A stretch of DNA of 64,000 nucleotides from Candidatus Woesearchaeota archaeon (GTDB lineage Archaea > Nanobdellota > Nanobdellia > Pacearchaeales > GW2011-AR1), in assembly GCA_964516745.1 (NCBI GenBank), contig CAZEYD010000001.1, positions 17,234 through 81,233 of the forward strand, in the 5' to 3' direction. Made by a program: the position numbers and the translations under genes. A model generated the notes under the pieces. It saw only the letters and a program-made list of their open reading frames with translations, was not told where the DNA came from and did not search any database. This document shows, piece by piece, positions 21,918-30,311 of this stretch; within the stretch, counting starts at the first letter, position 1; each line of letters opens with the position of its first letter.

Positions 21918-22670
21918 TTAAGCTCTCTTTCTCTTTCCCTTAACTTTATTCAAACTTAGCTTCTTCAATCTTGAATAAAGCAGAATAAAACCAGCGCCTG
22001 ATATACCTAATCCGAATAAGAAAATAGGCCAATTAAAATAAGATGGAATATAATTTGAGACAATTTGAGCGAACTCTACATTATTTTTTAAACCAAAAAA
22101 GTCCCTAGCAAATCCTCCCCCGAAAATAATCTTACCAAAGTCATACAGCCATACAAACAAACAAACTAAAACTCCGAGAATCATCAAAGACCATTCCTTC
22201 CAATTTATATTAACTTTAATACCCAAATCTTCAAAGTGGATAATAAGAACAGTAAAAGAAATAAATGCAATACACCATAACAATGGAGACAAAACAGGAC
22301 CAATCCACGTCCAGGGAATCAAAAATAGAACGTCCCATGTCAATAAAGAGGCCGGCCAGTCCAGAGCCCATTTCAAGGTAATATAATAAAAGATATCCCA
22401 TATCGCAAAAGCATAAATAAAATATGCAAATCTTTCATACGCTTTCTTCCCAGCAAGCATAGCTATAGTCACCAACATAATAATCGTCGCAATTTCTCTC
22501 ACAAACTCCACACTAAGTACAGAAGGATCTAGAAATCCTCTCAAAGGGAACAAGGGTACATTATTGTAAAATAGTTTACGTATATATACAACAACAGCTC
22601 CTTCAACAAAACCAAAAGCCATAGCAAAAAAACCAACTATCAATAACTTATTCACACTCTCTCTCTTCAT
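21918..22670 (-). CDS. Multi-pass membrane protein, function unknown
   Basis: Several hydrophobic helices; conserved-looking WDIFYY and WDVLFLIPW motifs. Confidence 0.8.
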   Translation of the reverse strand: MKRESVNKLLIVGFFAMAFGFVEGAVVVYIRKLFYNNVPLFPLRGFLDPSVLSVEFVREIATIIMLVTIAMLAGKKAYERFAYFIYAFAIWDIFYYITLKWALDWPASLLTWDVLFLIPWTWIGPVLSPLLWCIAFISFTVLIIHFEDLGIKVNINWKEWSLMILGVLVCLFVWLYDFGKIIFGGGFARDFFGLKNNVEFAQIVSNYIPSYFNWPIFLFGLGISGAGFILLYSRLKKLSLNKVKGKRKRA

Positions 22671-22738
22671 ATTATTCTAATATTATTCTCATATTTAAAT
22701 ATTACCAAACAGATAAATATATTATAAAAATAGGAAAA

Positions 22739-23068
22739 TTAAAACTTATACGATTTTTTGTAATAATTATATATTTCTGGAATAGCATTTAACAAAGCAC
22801 CACCAACGCCACCAACAACACCCAATAAAACACCCGAACATGCATCAACAGTATATTGTATTGTAACAGGGGATTCTTTTAAAACTTCAACATAATCATT
22901 AATGTTTTCTCCCAAAACAACGCCACCAACAACACCCAAAACAACCCCAACACCAGCACCAATACGCGCCTTTTTTTTTATCTTTTTCCAAACCCCAAAT
23001 TCCTCATAAAACATTTCAAAATGATCATCAATCGAGTTTATCTTTTTTACTTTTTTATTTTTATACAT
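22739..23068 (-). CDS. Small membrane protein with GxxxG glycine-zipper helices
   Basis: GAGVGVVLGVVGGVVLG and GVLLGVVGGVGGALL segments. Confidence 0.7.
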   Translation of the reverse strand: MYKNKKVKKINSIDDHFEMFYEEFGVWKKIKKKARIGAGVGVVLGVVGGVVLGENINDYVEVLKESPVTIQYTVDACSGVLLGVVGGVGGALLNAIPEIYNYYKKSYKF

Positions 23069-23152
23069 ATTACACCTTTAATTTCCTATAAGATAAAAAA
23101 CGCCTTTTAAATCTTTCATTGAAAAATTAAAAAATATTATATAAAAATTCAG

Positions 23153-23200
23153 TTCCTCCACCCGAAACGGAATAAAAGTGTTCATTTAGAGTAGAATTAA
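23153..23200. repeat. att-like repeat R1 (degenerate tRNA-Tyr 3' end plus shared arm)
   Basis: TTCCTCCACCCGAAACGGAATAAAAGTGTTCATTTAGAGTAGAATTAA; compare tRNA end on + strand TCCCTCCACCCAGAATCGAA. Confidence 0.8.
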
Positions 23201-23208
23201 TTTTACTT

Positions 23209-24429
23209 TTAAAAATTAACCATTATTGGTTTTTGGCTTTTAGCTTGTTTACGTAATGTTCTTTCAACCTCACCTATCCTTCCCTTTTGCCTTAAGTTTT
23301 CTATTTGTTCAAATTGTATATTCGTTTCATGAGGTTTACATCCTGGCGGGCACATAATACAACTTCTTGAATTAACATAATCTAGAACTTTATCCCTATT
23401 TCCAGATTGCCAAATTTCGCTAAAACTATTTTTTGTTAAATCTCCCAATTCATATTTCGGATTTAGATTTCTATCACAACAATTATATAATTTTCCACTT
23501 GGACCAACTTCAGCATATAATCCTGTCCCCCGACATTCACCATAGTTTCTCGTATTCTCTTTTAATGCATCATACCTACATTTTACATTAATCACATTAA
23601 CATCAGTATCTTTCAAAATACCCTTTACTCCAATTTCAACAGTTTCATAAGCCTCATCCAAAAGATCTTTCGTTAATTGATTATCAGTATAATTATCAAA
23701 GCAAGGTCTGTACATAACAAAATCAATTCCCCCTCCAGTTTTATCAACAATTTCCCTGATTCTTTTTCCTGTTTCAACTAAATCACCCTTATTAACCTCA
23801 TTCATTATAACACCGACGCCAATTTTCGTTTCTTCTTTATTCAATGAGCCTCGTGCAAGCGTTTCTATAGTTCTTAATGTTCGATTTAATGCTCCTTTTG
23901 CCAGAGGTTGATGAAAAAGATCATAAACCTCATCAGTTCCACAATTCAAACTAACTCGAACAAGTTTTGGAGAGGCTTCCAAGGTTTTGTATATTCTTGC
24001 TTCAGAGACAGCATTTCCATTCGTATAAATCACGCTATCACAATTTCTTTTTGTAACATGCGCAACCAAATCTTCTAATCCCCTAAACAAAAACGGTTCT
24101 CCCCCTCCTGTAAATATTATTCCCTTTACTCCCTCATCAATTATTTTATCGAGCATTTCTTTCGCGAAATCAACACTTTGCATATGTGATTCTGGATCCT
24201 TAAAATCATTTCTTTCCCAAACCCCCGTTAATTTTTTTATCAATTCATAAGAACAAGACGGACATCTATTCGAACAATTTGTAGTCGGTACAAATTCGGC
24301 ACAATAAGGTTTTATATTCATATAATCTCCTTCGAGCACTTTTTCAACAATATCATCATGAAAAACCCAATTAGTTGGTGATAAGAAATCAAGTTTATCT
24401 TGTTCTTTAATTTTAATTTCAGTCTTCAT
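23209..24429 (-). CDS. Radical SAM protein with C-terminal SPASM/twitch-like domain
   Basis: CSNRCPSC (CxxxCxxC), FTGGGEP, C-terminal Cys cluster CRG...NCC...CIMCPPGC. Confidence 0.9.
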   Translation of the reverse strand: MKTEIKIKEQDKLDFLSPTNWVFHDDIVEKVLEGDYMNIKPYCAEFVPTTNCSNRCPSCSYELIKKLTGVWERNDFKDPESHMQSVDFAKEMLDKIIDEGVKGIIFTGGGEPFLFRGLEDLVAHVTKRNCDSVIYTNGNAVSEARIYKTLEASPKLVRVSLNCGTDEVYDLFHQPLAKGALNRTLRTIETLARGSLNKEETKIGVGVIMNEVNKGDLVETGKRIREIVDKTGGGIDFVMYRPCFDNYTDNQLTKDLLDEAYETVEIGVKGILKDTDVNVINVKCRYDALKENTRNYGECRGTGLYAEVGPSGKLYNCCDRNLNPKYELGDLTKNSFSEIWQSGNRDKVLDYVNSRSCIMCPPGCKPHETNIQFEQIENLRQKGRIGEVERTLRKQAKSQKPIMVNF

Positions 24430-24614
24430 ATAGTATTAAACGTCGTAGAGAATTTAACAATTGTCAATATATTTATTTTCCAAAATATAATGAATAATGA
24501 AGAATATTGAACTATCCGTCCCTTGTGAATATATTTAGATATACTTTCACTAGTGTATATATTGGAAAAGCTTTAAATATATTTATAACATATATATATA
24601 AGGTATTAGTCAAA

Positions 24615-25622
24615 ATGAAAAGAAAAATAATCAAACAAGGACATAACACATTAACAATTACATTACCTAGCAAATGGGCCAAAAATTTTAATCTTAAGTC
24701 TGGAGATGAAATTGATTTAAACGAAAGGGAAAATGGATTAATATTATCAACAGAGCGAGGCAATAGAGATTCTAAAACCGAGATAGATATAACTGGTTTG
24801 GATATACCTTCCATATGGAAATATTTTATGGCTGCTTATCGAGAAGGATATAACGAAGTTAAGGTTAAGTTTGATCCAAAAGAAACATATGGCAATCCGT
24901 ATAAATTTGCAACGGCACATAAATTCGATACCAAATATAGTAAAAAGATTATGGGATATTCTCCCGTTGAAACGATTCAGGGAATAACTAGTAGATTTAT
25001 CGGTTTCGAAATTATGGAACATCATGCAGATTATTGCATTATCAAGGCGATGTCAGAACCTACTAGCAAGGAATTTGATACATCATTAAGAAGAGTTTTT
25101 CTTTTGATTCAGCAAATGGCTGAAGATAGTGTAGAAGCTTTGAAAACAAAAAAAGTAGAGATATTAAAACATATACATGATGTTGATATTAACGTAGATA
25201 AATTTCATGATTATTGTTTAAGAGTTCTAAATAAAACTGGTTTTAAAGGATTTAAAACTCATCTAATGTTTCCTAGTCTTTATATTTTAGAGTTATTGGC
25301 CGACGAGTTCAAGAGCATAGGAAATCATATCTATAAGGACGTTGCAGATATCGAATTAAACAGTATACTTCCAATGGCAGAATTAGTCCTAGAGCAGTTT
25401 GGAATGTATTCTGACTTATTTTACAAATTTAACAAAAGTAAGGTTGTTGAAATTTCCAATAAAGATTTTCAGATTCATTCCTATTTACCTGAATTCTATA
25501 AAAAAAGTCATAAGAAAAAACCCAGCCTAAGCGACGACGAATTAGAAATCTTCACCCATTTTAGAAGAATCAGTAAATACATTAATTCCTTACTTGAATT
25601 AAGAATTGAAATGGAATTCTAA
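24615..25622 (+). CDS. AbrB/SpoVT-PhoU archaeal phosphate-uptake-regulator-like protein
   Basis: N-terminal MKRKIIKQGHNTLTITLPSKWAK (AbrB-like), helical PhoU-like DINVDKFHDYCLRVLNK; start moved from track 24507 to the ATG at 24615. Confidence 0.85.
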   Translation: MKRKIIKQGHNTLTITLPSKWAKNFNLKSGDEIDLNERENGLILSTERGNRDSKTEIDITGLDIPSIWKYFMAAYREGYNEVKVKFDPKETYGNPYKFATAHKFDTKYSKKIMGYSPVETIQGITSRFIGFEIMEHHADYCIIKAMSEPTSKEFDTSLRRVFLLIQQMAEDSVEALKTKKVEILKHIHDVDINVDKFHDYCLRVLNKTGFKGFKTHLMFPSLYILELLADEFKSIGNHIYKDVADIELNSILPMAELVLEQFGMYSDLFYKFNKSKVVEISNKDFQIHSYLPEFYKKSHKKKPSLSDDELEIFTHFRRISKYINSLLELRIEMEF

Positions 25623-25624
25623 GA

Positions 25625-25661
25625 TCCCATCCACCAGGAACGGAATAGAAGTATTCATTTA
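25625..25661. repeat. att-like repeat R2
   Basis: TCCCATCCACCAGGAACGGAATAGAAGTATTCATTTA. Confidence 0.75.
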
Positions 25662-25680
25662 AAAAAAATCTAGGATTTAA

Positions 25681-27702
25681 TTAATCATCACACAAACCAT
25701 TAGTTTTACAAAAAGCATCTACTCCTCCAGTCCCAATACAGGCTTCCCCAATATTAATTGGTTTTATCTCGCAATTTCCTGTGATAGCATTACAAGTATT
25801 CTTCCTGCAATAAGTATCATCAACACTTTGACAATTAATAGTTGTTGCAGGATTCAATTCGCATGTGTTTGTTGACTTATCACAATAAAGAGTTCCATTA
25901 CATATATTTCCATCTTCAAATTTTTTACAATCAACAGTTTCCCTACACTGACATTTCTTATAGGATAGTGTCTTGTTAAAGTTCCAGTTACCTTCACAAA
26001 TACCTTTTTCAGTACAAACAGAATCAAAACAACCATCTTCTTTCCAACAATCTTCTCCAATATTTTGTGCCTTCATTTTACAGTTTCCAGTTGTAGCATT
26101 ACATGTATTCTTAATACAGTAAGTATCAGACACATTTTGACAATTTACTATCGTAGCTTCATTTAAGATGCATTTATTTATCACCTTATTACAATAAAGG
26201 GTTCCATCACAAACATCTCCATTTTCTAAAGCATCGCAATCAGAATTCTGCTCACACTCACAAACATTTTCCTTACCTGAAACACAAAGTCCTGCAGTAC
26301 AAGAATCTCCCGATGTACAACTATTACCATCGTCGCACAATTCTCCCTGATTAAGTGGGTTCAAACTACATTTTCCTGTCTTAGGATCACAAGTATTTTT
26401 CATACAAATCGTATTTGCACCCTTCCCACAAGAAACAATTGTTGGGGGAGCTACTTCGCACTGGTGATTGAATTTATTACAGTAAAGAATTCCATCACAA
26501 AGGTTCCCATTTTCTAAAGCATCGCAATCAGAATGATCTTCACATTGACAAGATTCAATTTCATAATCGAAAGTTCCCCTCATACATTCCCCCTCAGAAC
26601 AAAAGTCTTTATTTCTACAAGAAGGATCCCCTCCCTTCTCACAAATTGTCTTCTCCGGAAGATCTACAACCTCACATTTCCCATTTTTAGGATTACACGA
26701 ATTAATTCTACAATCTTCTCCTAAGCCATAACAATCAACAACGCTCGAAAAATTTAATTTGCATCTCTGGTCTCTTGGAGCAACATTCCCTCCAACCTCA
26801 CAATAATAAATCCCCGTACACAAATTTTCATCCTCAAATTGATTACAATCTTTGTCAATATCACAGACGAAAGTATCTATAGGGTTAATTTTCCTTTCTT
26901 TCTTAACTAATCCAGACCACCAAGGTCTTTTCTCTCTTTTTTCTTCAAGGCTTGTTGTATTTACATAAATTTTTGTTTCAATATCTACCCGAAAAAGCCA
27001 AAAAAGTTTTCCTTTATTGATTAATGTAATAACATAGAATGGAAAACCTTCGTCTTCTTCAACTTCAACATCTTTTACTTCTCCCTCAGAGGCATATTTT
27101 TGGTTTACGGTTCCAATCTTATTCTGAAATGAGAAATCTTTTCCAGGAGTTTTATACTGAATAAAAAGTTCATTACCTTTCACATTAGGTAGATTAAATG
27201 AAATCTCTGTAAAATTAGATGGTTTTTTCTCAGCAACAGTCCCTTCCCCAGTTGAACCAGTAACTATTGGAAGATTTTCAATATCTACTTGTTGGTCCTC
27301 CACTGTATCATCATTTTCTGTTTCTGGAGTAGGTTCTGCTTCGTGAACCACCGGTTGAATACATCCTGTTTCAGTACATCCCTCAGAGCATTCTGTTTCA
27401 GTATAATTGCATATTTCTGCTTCTTCAGTAATTGGAAAATAAAAAATCCCATCATCACAAATACTCTCACATGTTTGAAGAATTATCTCAGAAGCACAAT
27501 CAAGATAACTTAAATCACAGCCATTATCACAAAAGGTTCGATTACAGTACTCACATAATTCACTTCTTACATTAAAGGTTCCATTAGAATAAAATATATC
27601 ATCGATGCAGTAATCATCACAAGCAACTTCCACAGCACTAGAAAATACAAGACTAAAAAAGAAAAGTAAAAATAACAATACCAGACCCCCTTTGTTCAAC
27701 AT
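25681..27702 (-). CDS. Secreted Cys-rich repeat protein
   Basis: Signal peptide; four imperfect repeats of C..DC..(L/F)E(N/D)GN.C.G.LYC.K....C...P.T.V.C.....C.KNTC...TG.C; internal KLFWLF...RPWWS domain. Confidence 0.85.
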   Translation of the reverse strand: MLNKGGLVLLFLLFFFSLVFSSAVEVACDDYCIDDIFYSNGTFNVRSELCEYCNRTFCDNGCDLSYLDCASEIILQTCESICDDGIFYFPITEEAEICNYTETECSEGCTETGCIQPVVHEAEPTPETENDDTVEDQQVDIENLPIVTGSTGEGTVAEKKPSNFTEISFNLPNVKGNELFIQYKTPGKDFSFQNKIGTVNQKYASEGEVKDVEVEEDEGFPFYVITLINKGKLFWLFRVDIETKIYVNTTSLEEKREKRPWWSGLVKKERKINPIDTFVCDIDKDCNQFEDENLCTGIYYCEVGGNVAPRDQRCKLNFSSVVDCYGLGEDCRINSCNPKNGKCEVVDLPEKTICEKGGDPSCRNKDFCSEGECMRGTFDYEIESCQCEDHSDCDALENGNLCDGILYCNKFNHQCEVAPPTIVSCGKGANTICMKNTCDPKTGKCSLNPLNQGELCDDGNSCTSGDSCTAGLCVSGKENVCECEQNSDCDALENGDVCDGTLYCNKVINKCILNEATIVNCQNVSDTYCIKNTCNATTGNCKMKAQNIGEDCWKEDGCFDSVCTEKGICEGNWNFNKTLSYKKCQCRETVDCKKFEDGNICNGTLYCDKSTNTCELNPATTINCQSVDDTYCRKNTCNAITGNCEIKPINIGEACIGTGGVDAFCKTNGLCDD

Positions 27703-27767
27703 AAGTATACTATGAATATTATTATATATAAAACTTTTCTAAAAAAGATTCTCTAGAGAAAGTTCAA

Positions 27768-27817
27768 TTCCCTCCGCCCAAAACGAATTAGAAGTGTTCG
27801 TTTACGAATAGAATTAA
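27768..27817. repeat. att-like repeat R3
   Basis: TTCCCTCCGCCCAAAACGAATTAGAAGTGTTCGTTTACGAATAGAATTAA; about 80% identical to R1 by manual alignment. Confidence 0.8.
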
Positions 27818-27987
27818 TACCCTAACTGATAGTAGCTTCCTTACAATTATGAGCATAGTCTTAGCACTTAATTGCCCAGCAAAAATAGGATCCTTTGCCT
27901 TCACTCTTGTAAGCATTATATTTTCAATGTAGGCTCTATCAACCAAAATATATTCTGGAAGTCTCTCAAGTAATTTAGAAATGAAAT

Positions 27988-29163
27988 TTAATTTTGTTTT
28001 CTTAATTCATCTAAGAAATTTACAAAAACATTTCTTCGAACAGATGAAGGTGAACAAAATTTACATTCTTCTCCAGTTAAACAACCCAAATCTTTAATTC
28101 TTTCTTTACTTGTCCAAATATCTTTAAAGGATTTTTCCAAGATATTCCCATAAGGGTTAATCCCACTATATGTTTTATGTCCACAAGCATAAACATTTGC
28201 ATCTGGACCAATACAAGCCCAAAAATGCTTGTTATAACATTTTAATCCTTTAGAATTAAATGCTGAACTATCTTTAGAAATATCCTTATCAGTATAAACT
28301 GAATTTACAGTAAATTTTCCATCTTTTAAATCTAAAGCTTCCGCTCCTTTAAGACCAGCTTTAATTTCTGGAGATATTTTATGAATAAAATCTAAATTAG
28401 TAAAATCAACACGATATCTTATTTCATCAACTCCTACTTTTTTCATTAATTCTGCTGTTTTAAATATTTCACCATAATTATCAGTTCCAATAACATAGCT
28501 CACAGTTAATCTTGGATCAAGACCTTTTGAAGAATCTCTTTTTGAAACCATCTCTTCAAGGCTATGTACAATTCTCTCAAATCCCAGTGCTCCCTTCAAA
28601 TTTTTAAAGATCTCTTCTGAACCTGCATCTAAACTTACATTTACCTTATCTGTTTTAAGTACATAGTCAAGATATTTTTTTTTACCATAAAGTAAGTCTA
28701 AATTAAGCCCATTTGTAAAAACAATTATCTCTTTTCCCAAATCATTTAATAATTCAATTCCTGGAATTATTGCAGGGTTAACAAGAGGTTCTCCAGTAGT
28801 CCCACAAAATTTAACAGTTTCTACTTTAAAATCATTCACTTTAAATTCGTTAAGTTTATTGATTATACTAATCATTTCAGAATTTCCAATCCCGTTCGGC
28901 AAATTTTTATTTGTTAAAACTTTTCCAAAACAATGTTTACAAGCTAAATTACAAGAAGAACTTGGTTGAATTTCAACTTCGTAAGGAGGAACAATTTTCC
29001 CATCCAAAACAGTAGATAACATTTTTTCATGATTTTCGAGAAGTTGTCTCTCATAATCGCAAGGAGGATCCCCATTATTCATAAAACTTTCAAATTTTTT
29101 TATATTTGCAGTTTCTTCAAAAGGTATGTTTATGGAAATGAGCCTATCTAATTCTTTTAACAT
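27988..29163 (-). CDS. Radical SAM protein with C-terminal SPASM/twitch-like domain (paralog of 23209-24429)
   Basis: CNLACKHC, CGTTGEP, VSLDAG, KCY...ACIGPDANVYACGH...CKFC. Confidence 0.9.
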   Translation of the reverse strand: MLKELDRLISINIPFEETANIKKFESFMNNGDPPCDYERQLLENHEKMLSTVLDGKIVPPYEVEIQPSSSCNLACKHCFGKVLTNKNLPNGIGNSEMISIINKLNEFKVNDFKVETVKFCGTTGEPLVNPAIIPGIELLNDLGKEIIVFTNGLNLDLLYGKKKYLDYVLKTDKVNVSLDAGSEEIFKNLKGALGFERIVHSLEEMVSKRDSSKGLDPRLTVSYVIGTDNYGEIFKTAELMKKVGVDEIRYRVDFTNLDFIHKISPEIKAGLKGAEALDLKDGKFTVNSVYTDKDISKDSSAFNSKGLKCYNKHFWACIGPDANVYACGHKTYSGINPYGNILEKSFKDIWTSKERIKDLGCLTGEECKFCSPSSVRRNVFVNFLDELRKQN

Positions 29164-29294
29164 ATTTAATATAGATTAATCTTAAATATAACTTTAGTCA
29201 ATATCTTTTCAAGAAAGCATAGGGCATCCTATCCAATATATTTAAGGATATTTTCCTTATTGTAATTTAAAAAGGTTTAGAAATAAGAAAATCA

Positions 29295-29444
29295 TCCCTC
29301 CACCCAGAATCGAACTGGGACAACGCGGGCTCTGCATAACAGAACCGTATTATACGGGCTCAAACGTTATCATCCTTATGTGCAAATAGCACCATGTCAA
29401 ACGCACTTCTACAGCCACGCGCTCTACCTTTGAGCTATGGAGGG
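29295..29444 (-). tRNA. tRNA-Tyr(GUA) with 79-nt intron at 37/38 (intron 29330-29408)
   Basis: C1-G72 acceptor CCCTCCA/TGGAGGG, A73, D-arm GCTC/GAGC, anticodon CT-GTA-G, T-arm CCCAG-TTCGATT-CTGGG; CTGT/GCAG central helix with 3-nt bulges (BHB/BHL-like). Confidence 0.92.
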
Positions 29445-29485
29445 AATTTATGACCTATATAGTTCTTTATGAAGCAACTCGTTTG

Positions 29486-29506
29486 CTACTTTGAGCTATG
29501 AAGGGA
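29486..29506 (-). repeat. Degenerate duplicate of the tRNA-Tyr 5' end
   Basis: Minus strand TCCCTTCATAGCTCAAAGTAG versus tRNA TCCCTCCATAGCTCAAAGGTAG. Confidence 0.8.
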
Positions 29507-29529
29507 TAATAATCAAAGATAAAAATCGT

Positions 29530-30303
29530 TTATAAAGTTTGTTCTATATTGTAAATATTAGAGAAAATATTATCAAAATATTTACCAACTCCTTTTTCTC
29601 CAAATCCCCACATCTTCTTATTTCTTAATGTCCCTAAATTAGTATATCTTGATTTACCATGATGTAAATACAAATTATCATCTTCATTAAAATCTGTATA
29701 ATAATCCCACTCTTTACTGAAATAAACAAAAATATTATTCTTGGGCAAATTATCAGAACCAAAAAACACTTGTTCAGAAGTTGGGTCCAATATAACAAAC
29801 GCTTTCTCATTTTCTCCAATAACAAATGAAAACCCTATATGCGCATGACCTAAATCCTCATTATAAAAAACAGTGGCATTAGGATGTTTGTTTTCTATAA
29901 AAGTTAGAAGAAGATTTTTAGATGCTCTCCCACAACAAATGTATGGGAACGTCTTCTTACAATTAACACCTTTCATAAAGGCATAATGCATATAAGCAAA
30001 TCCATAAATATCCTCTATTTGCTCCATTAATTCTTCCATAGATCCTACTCTAATCGTAACGTAATCTGCAAGATCCTTATACTTATCTAAAATTCTTTCT
30101 TTAATCATTTTACGATTATGTCTTCTACCACCCGTAAAAAAAACATTCTCACTTACTCTATCATGAATAGCACTTTTCTCTCCATTCTCAATATCAGCCA
30201 ACTTAATACCAAAAGTATCATCTAACCTATCTTCTAAAACACTCGTCCTAACAGAAAAAGGAAAATTAGCAACATTCAATTTTTTAAAATAAGTTTTCAT
30301 CAT
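29530..30303 (-). CDS. Hypothetical protein with possible Cys-His-Asp (transglutaminase/papain-like) triad
   Basis: ICCGRASKNL, LGHAHIG, VILDPT in canonical order; fold is inferred. Confidence 0.6.
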   Translation of the reverse strand: MMKTYFKKLNVANFPFSVRTSVLEDRLDDTFGIKLADIENGEKSAIHDRVSENVFFTGGRRHNRKMIKERILDKYKDLADYVTIRVGSMEELMEQIEDIYGFAYMHYAFMKGVNCKKTFPYICCGRASKNLLLTFIENKHPNATVFYNEDLGHAHIGFSFVIGENEKAFVILDPTSEQVFFGSDNLPKNNIFVYFSKEWDYYTDFNEDDNLYLHHGKSRYTNLGTLRNKKMWGFGEKGVGKYFDNIFSNIYNIEQTL

Positions 30304-30311
30304 AAATCATA

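Larger units (their letters stand above)
23153..29444 (-). mobile_element. Putative tRNA-Tyr-anchored array of three integrase-free cassettes bounded by att-like repeats
   Basis: Three degenerate copies of the tRNA-Tyr 3' end plus a shared arm at 23153, 25625 and 27768; cargo shows weaker strand skew than flanking core genes (judged by eye). Confidence 0.55.

Noticed and set aside
23153-27817. R1-R3 as a CRISPR array
   Set aside because: Spacing is 2-2.5 kb with whole genes between repeats, the repeats derive from a tRNA end, and no cas genes are present
29330-29408. tRNA-Tyr intron as a cis-acting C/D guide for its own anticodon arm
   Set aside because: No complement to the exon anticodon region was found and the boxes are degenerate; kept only as a weak possibility
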